A stretch of 64,000 bases of DNA, from the NCBI GenBank assembly GCA_031082155.1, contig JAVHLL010000007.1, positions 1,459-65,458 on the forward strand. The letters are read 5' to 3'. Below are positions 27,241 through 38,519 of the stretch, in pieces; within the stretch, counting starts at the first letter, position 1, and each line of letters begins with the position of its first letter. The stretch is from Thermodesulfovibrionales bacterium. GTDB lineage: Bacteria > Nitrospirota > Thermodesulfovibrionia > Thermodesulfovibrionales > SM23-35. The translations under genes and the position numbers were made by a program. Below the pieces are notes generated by a model. The model saw only the letters and a list, made by a program, of their open reading frames with translations, was not told the DNA's origin and did not search any database.

Positions 27241-27960
27241 ATGGAAGGGATGAACAAAAAAATCATTCTGATTTTTTTTCTGATCACTCTGCTCTGTGCC
27301 TGCGCTTCCGTCTCGCAGGAAGACCAGAAACAGGCAAACTTTCATTATCAGATCGGCATGTCATATTTCCATGACAACAATATCCAGCCTGCGTATGTCG
27401 AACTTCAGAAAGCCCTGGAATTGAATCCCTATGACAAACAGATCCATAACGCGCTGGGCATCATATATCTTTCGAAACTCGAAGATTATCCAAAGGCTGT
27501 GGAACATTTCAAGAAGGCACTGAAGTACGACGAGGACTATGCAGAAGCTTATACAAACATCGGGAATGCATATGCGAAGATGGGGGAATTCAACAAGGCC
27601 ATTGAATCATACAGGACGGCAATATCAAATCCCTTCTACCGGAATCAGGCCATGGCATTATATAATCTCGGCATGGTATATTATAAATTAGCACGATACG
27701 ACTTGGCCCTTGATGCCTTCAAAGATTCATTACGGCGCTTTTCATCCTTTCACCTGCCGTATTACGGCATGGCGCTTACCTATAATGCACAGGGCATGTA
27801 TGGTGATGCAGCCACTGCGATGACCTCTGCGATAGAATTCGATCCTCTTTATAATGGGGACAGGGAAAAGGCAAGCCAGGACTTTAAAAACAAAAAAATA
27901 CAGGTAAAAGGCCAGGAAGAAAAAGATATCGCCAGTTATCTGGATATCCTTAAATATTAA
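27241..27960 (+). CDS. TPR lipoprotein, PilW/PilF-like type IV pilus biogenesis/stability protein
   Basis: 239 aa with lipobox 'LLCAC' and six or so TPR repeats. Sits next to the pilT locus. Confidence 0.6.
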   Translation: MEGMNKKIILIFFLITLLCACASVSQEDQKQANFHYQIGMSYFHDNNIQPAYVELQKALELNPYDKQIHNALGIIYLSKLEDYPKAVEHFKKALKYDEDYAEAYTNIGNAYAKMGEFNKAIESYRTAISNPFYRNQAMALYNLGMVYYKLARYDLALDAFKDSLRRFSSFHLPYYGMALTYNAQGMYGDAATAMTSAIEFDPLYNGDREKASQDFKNKKIQVKGQEEKDIASYLDILKY

Positions 27961-27970
27961 ACCGCATATT

Positions 27971-28049
<79 letters not shown>

Positions 28050-28144
28050 AATAAAATCATCTGAGATCAACAGGGGCATCCGGAATAAGTGTCGTATCCG
28101 GTGACCCCTGGCTGCAATGGAATGTATTTCCCTTGACCAATTTC

Positions 28145-28173
28145 TTGACAGTCTTCCTCATGCTCTATATTAT
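28145..28173 (+). promoter_or_regulatory. Putative sigma70-type promoter of the MshEN-pilT operon
   Basis: TTGACA (28145-28150), 17-nt spacer, TATTAT (28168-28173), about 20 nt upstream of the GTG start at 28194. Confidence 0.35.
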
Positions 28174-28193
28174 TATCGGAAAAGGTTGCGGAA

Positions 28194-29276
28194 GTGTATA
28201 AGAAAAAAAATATAGGCGAACTTCTCATCGATTTCGGGAAAATAAGCAAGGATGATCTTGAAGAAGGCCTTGCGCTCCAGAAAGAGTTCAACCTGCGTCT
28301 CGGCGAAACATTAATTAAACTCGGCAAAGTAACGAGAGACGACATTGAATGGGTCCTGAGCAAGCAGCTTGACATCCCGTTTGTCATTGTTGAGAACATC
28401 TCCCTGGATGCAAGCCTGATCCATAAATTTTCTGAAGAACTCCTGTTAAAAAATAGGATTCTGCCTTTATATGAGACAAACGATGAGATTGCAGTAGTCA
28501 CTGATGACCCGCTGAACAGAGAGGTAATTGAATCCCTCGAGGCATCGAGCAGTAAAAAAATAAGCCTTTCATCCGGGAACGGGGAGCAGATTGAAGAAAC
28601 ACTGAAGCAATTTTTCAGGAGAGCAGGCATCCCGTCGCTGATTCAGCATATCAAAGACCTGTTGGAAAAAATAGAGGGCACCTGTTTCTACCGTCTCGAT
28701 TTTTTGCTCGGTGAACATGCATGCGAGATGAACGTATTTGGATATGGGATTGTAAAGAATATTGGGGTCCTCAGGGACACCTACACAAAAGAGCAGATCT
28801 TCGAGGCATTCGAATCTCTCGGTATCGCTTTTCTCTTTGATCTGTATACCAATGAAACCAGCATGATGTTCTCAATTTATCCCCTCATACACAGGCTTGA
28901 AACCTTGAAAGGTCCCGCAGTCCTGGGAACCTTTGGATTATTCCATCCGGATGATACTGCATTTACTGACTCTCAAATGCAAGGCCTTCCCTTGATGTTT
29001 CATTCTCCTGTCCCTGTACGGGGCTATCCGTTTATCGCAACAAAAAAAACTTTCTCATATTCTGAAAACACAATATTTACAACGGATTCGGCACCGGAGG
29101 ATTTTAGCAACTACTATGTCAGGATAGCTGTTCCCCGGATATGCAGAAACTGTAACGGAGCAGGCTGTATCACCTGCAATGAACTCGGGTACGAGTTTCC
29201 TGAAAAACTGGAAGGTATGCATTCCTCCGATGAGCTGAAACAGCGAACTGAGAAGGACATCCCATGGCCAAAATAG
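28194..29276 (+). CDS. MshEN/T2SSE_N-domain protein without ATPase domain (putative c-di-GMP receptor)
   Basis: 360 aa. Tandem motifs 'IGELLIDFGKISKDDLEEGLALQ' and 'RLGETLIKLGKVTRDDIEWVLSKQ' are followed by a GspE-N-like region. There is no Walker motif. C-terminal 'CRNCNGAGCITC' is a Cys cluster. Confidence 0.7.
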   Translation: MYKKKNIGELLIDFGKISKDDLEEGLALQKEFNLRLGETLIKLGKVTRDDIEWVLSKQLDIPFVIVENISLDASLIHKFSEELLLKNRILPLYETNDEIAVVTDDPLNREVIESLEASSSKKISLSSGNGEQIEETLKQFFRRAGIPSLIQHIKDLLEKIEGTCFYRLDFLLGEHACEMNVFGYGIVKNIGVLRDTYTKEQIFEAFESLGIAFLFDLYTNETSMMFSIYPLIHRLETLKGPAVLGTFGLFHPDDTAFTDSQMQGLPLMFHSPVPVRGYPFIATKKTFSYSENTIFTTDSAPEDFSNYYVRIAVPRICRNCNGAGCITCNELGYEFPEKLEGMHSSDELKQRTEKDIPWPK

Positions 29277-30322
29277 ACGCTTTTTTTAAGTATATGATCG
29301 ATAAAAATGCGAGTGATCTGCATTTAAGTGTCGGGGCCAAACCATTGATAAGAAAACACGGTGAACTTGAGGAGATGCCGTATCAGGTTCTCACTGATGA
29401 TATCTTAAAGGCTCTTCTCTTCGAATTACTCTCTGATGATCAGAAGAATTATTTTTTGGAGACCAGGGACCTGGACTTTGCGTATGAAATCCCTTCGCTG
29501 GCACGATTCAGAGCGAATTACTTCGTTCAAAAAAGAGGGTTGGGTGCGGTTTTCAGGGTAATCCCCACTACTATTCTCAGCGTTGAAGAGCTGGCATTGC
29601 CGAAACAGCTGCTCAGGTTTGCAAACCTGAGCAGGGGGCTGGTTCTCGTAACAGGTCCGACAGGAAGCGGGAAATCCACCACGCTCGCCGCCCTCGTTGA
29701 TTTTATCAACCAGAACAGAAAGGACCATATCCTCACTGTCGAAGATCCCATCGAATTTGTGCACCACAATAAGGGCTGCCTCGTAAATCAGAGGGAAATA
29801 TCCAGTCACACCGCTTCTTTCACTGCCGCATTGAGAGCTGCCCTGAGAGAGGACCCCGATGTCATCCTTGTCGGGGAAATGAGGGACCTCGAAACCATCG
29901 AGCTCGCTATTACCGCAGCAGAGACCGGACACCTTGTATTCGGAACGCTTCACACAAGCTCTGCAGCGAAAACCGTGGACAGGGTCATCGATGCCTTTCC
30001 CGCAGGCCAACAGTCACAAATACGGGCCATGCTTTCAGAGTCTCTGAAAGGGGTCATTGCCCAGCAACTTCTGAAAAGGGCCGACAAACCCGGAAGAATA
30101 GCAGCGATTGAGATTCTTTTTGTGAATGTGGCAATTGCCAATCTGATCAGGGAAGGAAAGACGTTTCAGATGCCTTCGGTCATGCAGATGTCAAAAGCCG
30201 GCGGCATGCAGCTGCTTGACCAGGCCATCATGGATCTTCTCATGCAGAAAATTGTTTCCCCTGAAGAAGCATATATAAAAGCAAATGACAAAAAGACGTT
30301 TGAAAAATTTCTTAAAACTTGA
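29264..30322 (+). CDS. pilT: Type IV pilus retraction ATPase PilT
   Basis: 352 aa. 'ASDLHLSVGAKPLIR', Walker A 'GPTGSGKST', 'ILVGEMRD' and 'GHLVFGTLHT' are present. It overlaps the upstream gene by 13 nt. Confidence 0.9.
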   Translation: MAKIDAFFKYMIDKNASDLHLSVGAKPLIRKHGELEEMPYQVLTDDILKALLFELLSDDQKNYFLETRDLDFAYEIPSLARFRANYFVQKRGLGAVFRVIPTTILSVEELALPKQLLRFANLSRGLVLVTGPTGSGKSTTLAALVDFINQNRKDHILTVEDPIEFVHHNKGCLVNQREISSHTASFTAALRAALREDPDVILVGEMRDLETIELAITAAETGHLVFGTLHTSSAAKTVDRVIDAFPAGQQSQIRAMLSESLKGVIAQQLLKRADKPGRIAAIEILFVNVAIANLIREGKTFQMPSVMQMSKAGGMQLLDQAIMDLLMQKIVSPEEAYIKANDKKTFEKFLKT

Positions 30323-30400
30323 GTGGTCTCACCGGAGAATTCGTCTCTGCCTGTTCTATACCTGAAGCTGAGCTTCAAGGAATTCTTTGATTGAGATTAC

Positions 30401-31306
30401 TCACAGTTCCTGATTCCTGCTCTCGTCACTCTCTTCCTCGTCAACATATGCCTTTTTCCGTTTCAGGAAACGGAAAAACCCGTAAACCATAACGAAAGTT
30501 GCAAAAACAAAAAGTATCGTATAAAGATGAGAGCTCAAATACGAAACCCATGTGTACTTCGTTTTCAGAGAAGCATGCCACCGGGATTCAAGTTCAAACA
30601 TTGAGAGGTCAAGGGCTCCCTGGATTGATTCGTCGATCGGACGTCTCTCCTTCAAATGTCTTAATAGAGATACAATTCCCTCCTTCCCGAAAGTACTCTC
30701 TATGAATTCAATGAAACTTTTACTCTCTTCATAGGCGAGCACCAGATTGCGGTCATCCTGCGGGAAACTTTCGAGCGCTCTTATAGTGATTAACCTGCCG
30801 GATATGACAGCATTTGCAAGTCCCCTGCCCCCAGGCTCAGCCATAAGTTCTGATATCCCCCCGCTTGCCCACTGGCAGACCCCTTCATCCAGCCACCGGG
30901 GCAGATTCCCGGATTCAATATGCCGGTGCAGAAGAAGATGACAGACTTCATGCTTGAGTGTCGTTTTCAGAGTAAAAGGCTTGGTATACACCCTTGCAGT
31001 ATCAAGAACAATAAGGTTCCTGCCGGGGTCTGCAAGGGCGATCACCACATCACTTCCTGTCATGCTCCTGAACCTTTCAGTGTTGTCAGCGAGAACTACC
31101 ACAGGCCTGAAATCTATTGTCCACCCGAAATCCAGTTCAAGTTCATACCGGACAATGGGGTATAACGCTGCCACCTCCTGCGATATACGGTTTTGAGACT
31201 CCAGGTACAGTACCTCTACCTCATTGGTCTGCAGGGACCGTGTTTCATCGGCAAAGAGAAAATGCACCCATGAAAAGAGAAGAAACAGAGCAAGGAGTAT
31301 TTTCAT
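30401..31306 (-). CDS. Peptidase MA-like (HExxH) protein with C-terminal TM anchor
   Basis: 301 aa with a signal peptide, 'LKHEVCHLLLHRH', and a C-terminal hydrophobic helix plus acidic tail. Confidence 0.5.
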   Translation of the reverse strand: MKILLALFLLFSWVHFLFADETRSLQTNEVEVLYLESQNRISQEVAALYPIVRYELELDFGWTIDFRPVVVLADNTERFRSMTGSDVVIALADPGRNLIVLDTARVYTKPFTLKTTLKHEVCHLLLHRHIESGNLPRWLDEGVCQWASGGISELMAEPGGRGLANAVISGRLITIRALESFPQDDRNLVLAYEESKSFIEFIESTFGKEGIVSLLRHLKERRPIDESIQGALDLSMFELESRWHASLKTKYTWVSYLSSHLYTILFVFATFVMVYGFFRFLKRKKAYVDEEESDESRNQEL

Positions 31307-31448
31307 AATACTCTATTTTTGCCCACAGAGGCATGATTAGGCAATGCACATTTGTTTCGCGCATCTTATTCGTATACGGTAGAGAAAAATATTTGCAGTG
31401 CAAATCTTTTTTTGCCCTTCTCTGCTAAAGTTTTCTATAATTATTCCG

Positions 31449-33979
<2,531 letters not shown>

Positions 33980-34208
33980 AGAAAATTATGGATATAGAGA
34001 CCTTTGCCATCGTAGCAGCAGTAATGTTCTTGGTTTATATTATCATCCGGCTGTTGACCCGAAGATAGCGGGCAGGCTGTGCGGGATATCCCAGATGTTT
34101 TTTTATATCCTGAAAAATTTCTGTCCGTAAGTGCACCCGTTGCCCGAGCAATTTGTGTTCAAACATCTGCTCTTTTCAATTGCATTCGGATTGCCCTGAT
34201 ACCTGCAA

Positions 34209-34964
34209 CTACTTTAGAATCCGCCTCTGCATGAGCCTGAACGGATACGGGGCAAGCAGAATCACTACCGCGATAATCCACACGATGTCCCAGACACAGC
34301 ATTGCAGATTGCCGAAAGAGAGCCCACGGCAGATGTTCACCAGATGATAGAGTGGGGTAAAAAAAGCGATCTTTGACACAACCGGCGGTAAATTATCAAG
34401 AGGGAAGAATATCCCGGAGAACAGGAACATAGGGGTCATAAAGAGTGTATAGAAATAATTGAATGAATCTATGCCCGGAACAACAGCGGTAAACATGACC
34501 GATATCTCGGCAAAGATCAGCCCTGTGATGAAGAGCAGGGGGATAACCAGAATAATCAGGGGTGACTCGACAAGGCCGAATATCGAAATCACAATGATTA
34601 TGATCGTCCCGTAGAGCAGGCTCTTCGTAGCTCCCCACATAAGCTCTCCTGCGACAAGGTCATTGAGATTGATCGGCGTTGCGAGTATAGCATCAAATGT
34701 CTTCTGAAATGTCATCCTCACATAAGTGGCATACGTGCATTCATAAATCGCGGCAAACATGGAAGAAGATGCGATAATCCCAGGGGCTATGAACTGAATA
34801 TAGGGAACACCGTTTATTTCTTTTACGAACGCACCGAGGCCAAGACCAAGGGCTGCGAGATACAGAGCCGGCTCGACAAAATTGAGCGCTATGCTCGATT
34901 TATACAATTTTGTATAGACCGAGAGGTGTCGTTGCCATACTCTGAATGCCCGTTTCAAATTCAT
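34209..34964 (-). CDS. ABC-2 type transporter permease
   Basis: 251 aa with six TM segments and an ABC-2 (NodJ/DrrB-like) pattern. Lies downstream of the ATPase gene. Confidence 0.8.
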   Translation of the reverse strand: MNLKRAFRVWQRHLSVYTKLYKSSIALNFVEPALYLAALGLGLGAFVKEINGVPYIQFIAPGIIASSSMFAAIYECTYATYVRMTFQKTFDAILATPINLNDLVAGELMWGATKSLLYGTIIIIVISIFGLVESPLIILVIPLLFITGLIFAEISVMFTAVVPGIDSFNYFYTLFMTPMFLFSGIFFPLDNLPPVVSKIAFFTPLYHLVNICRGLSFGNLQCCVWDIVWIIAVVILLAPYPFRLMQRRILK

Positions 34965-34986
34965 TTTACCCTTGCAGCTAACGAAA

Positions 34987-35116
34987 GGCAGGATATAGTA
35001 TTATCGCGGTTTCTTTTTGACAATAGTCGAAGACAGTAATTGAAAATAAAGAGGCGAAAGCCTCGGAGTCCCGAAAGCTTTCGGGACGAGAATGAGCGAC
35101 AATACCCTATCCTGCC
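34987..35116 (-). promoter_or_regulatory. Structured intercistronic element between the ABC ATPase and permease genes
   Basis: A 21-nt imperfect inverted repeat (34987-35007 / 35096-35116, 18/21 complementary) encloses two hairpins: GAGGC-GAAA-GCCTC (35051-35064) and GTCCCGAAAGCTTTCGGGAC (35068-35087). Confidence 0.45.
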
Positions 35117-35127
35117 TTGATAAAATC

Positions 35128-35865
35128 TCACAATTGCTCCTTCAACATCCTTCCCGTGAGTTTCAAATATACCTCTTCGAGATTTCCCCCGTGCATACTC
35201 ATGAGCTTTTGTGGTGAATCGATTGTTATTATCTTTCCCGAGTCCATAATTGCTACCCTGTCGCAGAGCACTTCCGCTTCTTCCATATAGTGTGTGGTAA
35301 GTATGAGAGTTGTATTGTTTGCCTTGAGATGATTCAACTTTTCCCATACAGACCGCCTGCTGTGAGGGTCCAGACCAGTCGTAGGTTCGTCGAGGATCAG
35401 CAGTTCGGGATTATTGACCAGGGACCGTGCAAGAATCAGTCTCCGCTTCATACCTCCCGAGAGCTGCTCTATTTTTACGTCTGACTTCTCCTTCAGATCA
35501 ACGAAAGAAAGAAGTTCCCCTGCACGGTGAGTCGCAGACTGTTTCCCGATATCAAAATATCGTGCATAAACAATCAGGTTCTCGAATACGGTGAGATCAG
35601 GGTCGAGATTGTCTTCCTGCGGCATGACCCCGACCCGCGCTTTTATTGAACTCGGCTTTTCAGTCACATTCAGCCCGAAAACAGTCACTTCACCTGAAGT
35701 CGGAGGCATAAAACACGAAATAATTCTCATTACAGTCGTCTTCCCGGCCCCGTTCGGCCCAAGAAAACCGAAGCATTCACCCTTCTGTATCTGACAATCT
35801 ATGGCATCAACAGCCGTCAGGGAACCATATGCTTTCGTCAAATTTTTTATGGCAACAATGTTCAT
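35128..35865 (-). CDS. ABC transporter ATP-binding protein (DrrA/NodI-like)
   Basis: 245 aa. Walker A 'GPNGAGKTT', signature 'LSGGMKRRL' and Walker B 'LLILDEPT' are present. Confidence 0.9.
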   Translation of the reverse strand: MNIVAIKNLTKAYGSLTAVDAIDCQIQKGECFGFLGPNGAGKTTVMRIISCFMPPTSGEVTVFGLNVTEKPSSIKARVGVMPQEDNLDPDLTVFENLIVYARYFDIGKQSATHRAGELLSFVDLKEKSDVKIEQLSGGMKRRLILARSLVNNPELLILDEPTTGLDPHSRRSVWEKLNHLKANNTTLILTTHYMEEAEVLCDRVAIMDSGKIITIDSPQKLMSMHGGNLEEVYLKLTGRMLKEQL

Positions 35866-35918
35866 ATTATCAATTGTACTCTAAATTATAGTATCCATCC
35901 CATTCAAAATATTAGATA

Positions 35919-36086
35919 TAAGGGTATAGCTGGGTTTCCAAATCGAAATCACGGGTAACTTCGATGAGACCGAAGACGAAGCGGAGGTCTCATCCCCGGA
36001 TATTTCAATACCATTGAAAGTCAGCAAAAGTTTTACAGAGAAATAAAGGGAGTTTATTTCGATTTGGAAACCCAGCTATACCCTTA
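35919..36086. repeat. Structured repeat element, copy 2 (candidate ncRNA of unknown class)
   Basis: A perfect 31-bp closing stem (35919-35949 / 36056-36086) encloses 106 nt. It carries the same conserved core and hairpins as 11792-11956. Confidence 0.6.
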
Positions 36087-36222
36087 GTTTCTCCCAGGTT
36101 GAAATACTTGTTTTTAACAGGTCTGATAAAATTTATACCAATCATCCGAAAATTCAAAAGTGATTCAGTCACTTCAACAGAATATTTTGACAAAGATATC
36201 GCATGAGGAGTATTTTTACAGT

Positions 36223-37095
36223 ATGAATAAGTCATTCCGCCTCTTGCTTCTTTTGTTCGTCTTCGCCTTTGCATTTTCCTGCGCCAGGGGAATACAGCCT
36301 CCGCAAAAACCTGCGAAAATTGCAGTGGTTCTCGGTGCGGGAGCTGCAAGGGGCTTCGCCCATATCGGTGTGTTGAAGGTGCTTGAGGTAAATCAGATTC
36401 CGGTGCATATGATTGTCGGGACAAGTGCAGGCAGTTTTGTCGGTTCACTTTATTCTTACGGATTTAATGCATTCCAGCTCCAGAAGCTGTCTTTCGATCT
36501 GCAGAAAGACGATATCCTAGACCTGACAGTTCCCGATAACGGGTTTATCAAGGGTGAAAAACTCGGAAAGTATATAAATCACATGACAGGCAATACTCCC
36601 CTGGAAAAGCTGAGGATTCCTTTCTATGCAGTTGCAACAAATATTCAGACCGGGAAGGAAGTAGTATTCGGAAGCGGCGATACAGGGACCGCGGTGAGGG
36701 CAAGCTGTGCAATTCCCGGCATCTTCAGGTCTGTGGAGATTTCGAATAAATTCTATGTCGACGGAGGTGTCTCAAGTCCTGTTGCGGTCGATGCAGCGAG
36801 ACGGCTTGGAGCAGATATTGTCATCGCTGTCGATATCTCAGGAGAGTTAGATTCGACAGTACCTAAGGGCACGATCGAGACTATCATCCACTCGGTCAGC
36901 ATCATATATGCAAAACTTGCGGCGATACAGGTTGCGAAAGCTGACGTGGTAATAAGACCAAAGGTAGGTTCTCTCGGAGGAGCCGATTTCACAAAAAGAC
37001 ATGAGGCAGTCCTTGAGGGAGAAAAAGCAGCACTGGCCGTCCTCCCGAAAATCCAGGAGACCGTCAACAAATTAAGAAGCGAGGGCAGGCTGTAA
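36223..37095 (+). CDS. Patatin-like phospholipase (lipoprotein)
   Basis: Start reset to ATG 36223 with lipobox 'FAFSC'. 'GAGAARGFAHIGVL' and 'GTSAGS' are the patatin motifs; 'DGG' is downstream. Confidence 0.85.
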   Translation: MNKSFRLLLLLFVFAFAFSCARGIQPPQKPAKIAVVLGAGAARGFAHIGVLKVLEVNQIPVHMIVGTSAGSFVGSLYSYGFNAFQLQKLSFDLQKDDILDLTVPDNGFIKGEKLGKYINHMTGNTPLEKLRIPFYAVATNIQTGKEVVFGSGDTGTAVRASCAIPGIFRSVEISNKFYVDGGVSSPVAVDAARRLGADIVIAVDISGELDSTVPKGTIETIIHSVSIIYAKLAAIQVAKADVVIRPKVGSLGGADFTKRHEAVLEGEKAALAVLPKIQETVNKLRSEGRL

Positions 37096-37104
37096 AGGTC
37101 TTCT

Positions 37105-38163
37105 TTATTGTTTTCCCGCCGGCATTGCAAGTTTTTTCAGCTGCTCTTGTGTAAGCGGTGAACCGTATCCCACATACTGAAGTTTCGGCGGCGCAGGGTT
37201 GTCAATAGGTATCCATTTCCCGTCCTGGTAATTCTGATACACCGCCTCGTATGTCACTCCGTCCACAACAGGGACAACTCCTTTGGTATTTCTCACTTCA
37301 CCATTTTCAAACCAGGTGAGTCGTATCTTCCCTTCCTGAACTTCCTTCACAATCTCGGTTGCATGGCAATCACCGCATTTCCTCGCATCCCTCATGACCG
37401 AATGACTGTTCTGCGGGGCAAATATGAGGAATGTTTTATCGTCGGATGCAACAAAATTCTGCATATTGGCCGAGGTGACTTTTCCGTTATAGTTCATGAG
37501 AAAAACCCAGTCGGTGAGTTTAATATCAACCCGTTTTTTCTCATTAACGATAGTGTCGAAATGGCAGTTCGTGCAGCTGACAACACGGCGGATATGGCAT
37601 GCTTTGCATTCAAGCTTGTCTCCATGGATCTTGTGTGAAGCGCTCGGTGCAATTGGGTCATGGCATTTCTCACACTGAGCGTCTATCGCCCCCTTCTGTT
37701 TCATGGAAGAATATTCCCTGCCGTCCCCATGCACATCTCTTGCGGTATGACAACTGACACAGCCCATATTTCTCGAAAAATGGACGTCTTCCTGTTTTGC
37801 CTCTTTATCGATCTTCATGATAGTCCGTGCGCGCTTGTGACAGCGGAGACAGACGTCCTGATCTCTTGCCGCCTGAATCGAGTATGACAGTACTCCCTCT
37901 TTGTCCACTGTATGACATGCGTCACAGGATGCGACATGACAGTTGTAGCAATCGAGTTTCGTGTCATGGTAAGAAATGCCAGTAAGCGCCTCCAGCCCGC
38001 CGTTTTGTTTGTCATACCAGTATGCCATCCCCCCTGTGGTGGAATGGAGACTTTTGTGGAAAAATCCGTCTTCTTGCTTTGTATCTTCCGCGTAAGCGTG
38101 CATGAATATCAATGCAACAAAAAGAAAGGCGCCAAACAGGATGGAGAGGCTGCGTTTTTTCAT
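37105..38163 (-). CDS. Octahaem c-type cytochrome
   Basis: 352 aa with a signal peptide. Eight CxxCH motifs: CYNCH, CDACH, CLRCH, CVSCH, CEKCH, CKACH, CTNCH, CGDCH. Confidence 0.85.
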   Translation of the reverse strand: MKKRSLSILFGAFLFVALIFMHAYAEDTKQEDGFFHKSLHSTTGGMAYWYDKQNGGLEALTGISYHDTKLDCYNCHVASCDACHTVDKEGVLSYSIQAARDQDVCLRCHKRARTIMKIDKEAKQEDVHFSRNMGCVSCHTARDVHGDGREYSSMKQKGAIDAQCEKCHDPIAPSASHKIHGDKLECKACHIRRVVSCTNCHFDTIVNEKKRVDIKLTDWVFLMNYNGKVTSANMQNFVASDDKTFLIFAPQNSHSVMRDARKCGDCHATEIVKEVQEGKIRLTWFENGEVRNTKGVVPVVDGVTYEAVYQNYQDGKWIPIDNPAPPKLQYVGYGSPLTQEQLKKLAMPAGKQ

Positions 38164-38258
38164 GAGACCTCCTCAATGCCAAGGTTAAAAATACAGAATT
38201 GCTCTTAAAAATTATGATAATTGTACTTCGAATTCCTGAGAAGGTCAAGGGAACTGGC

Positions 38259-38427
38259 GTTACGCCCTGTCACTGGAGCGGAGGGATATCCACTCCCACG
38301 TTTTTTCATCTATCTTATCCATATAGTCCTGGATATTAAATGCTTTCCCGCAGTCCATGCAGGTAAAAATAATCGTCTTTCAGCCTATACAGAGCCGCAA
38401 TTCACCACTGCAATTTTTACATTTCAT
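38259..38427 (-). pseudogene. Small double-CxxC zinc-ribbon gene interrupted by a 1-nt frameshift in a T5 run
   Basis: ATG 38427 gives MKCKNCSGEIAALYRLKDDYFYLHGLRESI*. The +1 frame continues as ..TCMDCGKAFNIQDYMDKIDEKTWEWISLRSSDRA*. Removing one T from TATTTTTACC restores a 55-aa CxxC-x16-CxxC protein. Confidence 0.4.
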
Positions 38428-38519
38428 ACATATAGTATACTCTAAACATATGCCGTAGATTCAAGCTATCCTGCGGTGTTTTATGTCATATTTCATTCAC
38501 CCTTCCCAAACATTTCCTT

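Noticed and set aside
33988-34068. 26-codon hydrophobic ORF (MDIETFAIVAAVMFLVYIIIRLLTRR*) just after ligA.
   Set aside because: It is plausible as a small membrane peptide. But it has only a weak SD-like sequence and I cannot assess conservation, so it is not reported as a feature.
35965-35992. GAGACC...GAAGAC...GGTCTC (BsaI/BbsI type IIS sites) inside copy 2 of the structured element, which looks like a synthetic Golden-Gate cassette.
   Set aside because: Copy 1 has the same hairpin with AGGCT/AGCCT instead of the BsaI sites, and the same GAAGAC in a conserved loop. The sites are by-products of a covarying natural stem, not evidence of engineering.
36005-36448. 147-aa minus-strand ORF spanning copy 2 of the structured element and the patatin start.
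   Set aside because: It overlaps a well-supported patatin gene and the palindromic element, and has Pro/Arg/Ser-rich composition. Likely spurious.
38259-38427. In-frame TGA giving a CxxU selenoprotein reading of the small zinc-ribbon ORF, with a hairpin 16 nt downstream as a SECIS candidate.
   Set aside because: My first hand translation dropped one base (GGTGAAATTG, not GGTGAATTG). On recount, the TGA is in the +1 frame, not the ATG frame. The two CxxC halves are separated by a 1-nt frameshift in a T5 run, so there is no in-frame UGA.
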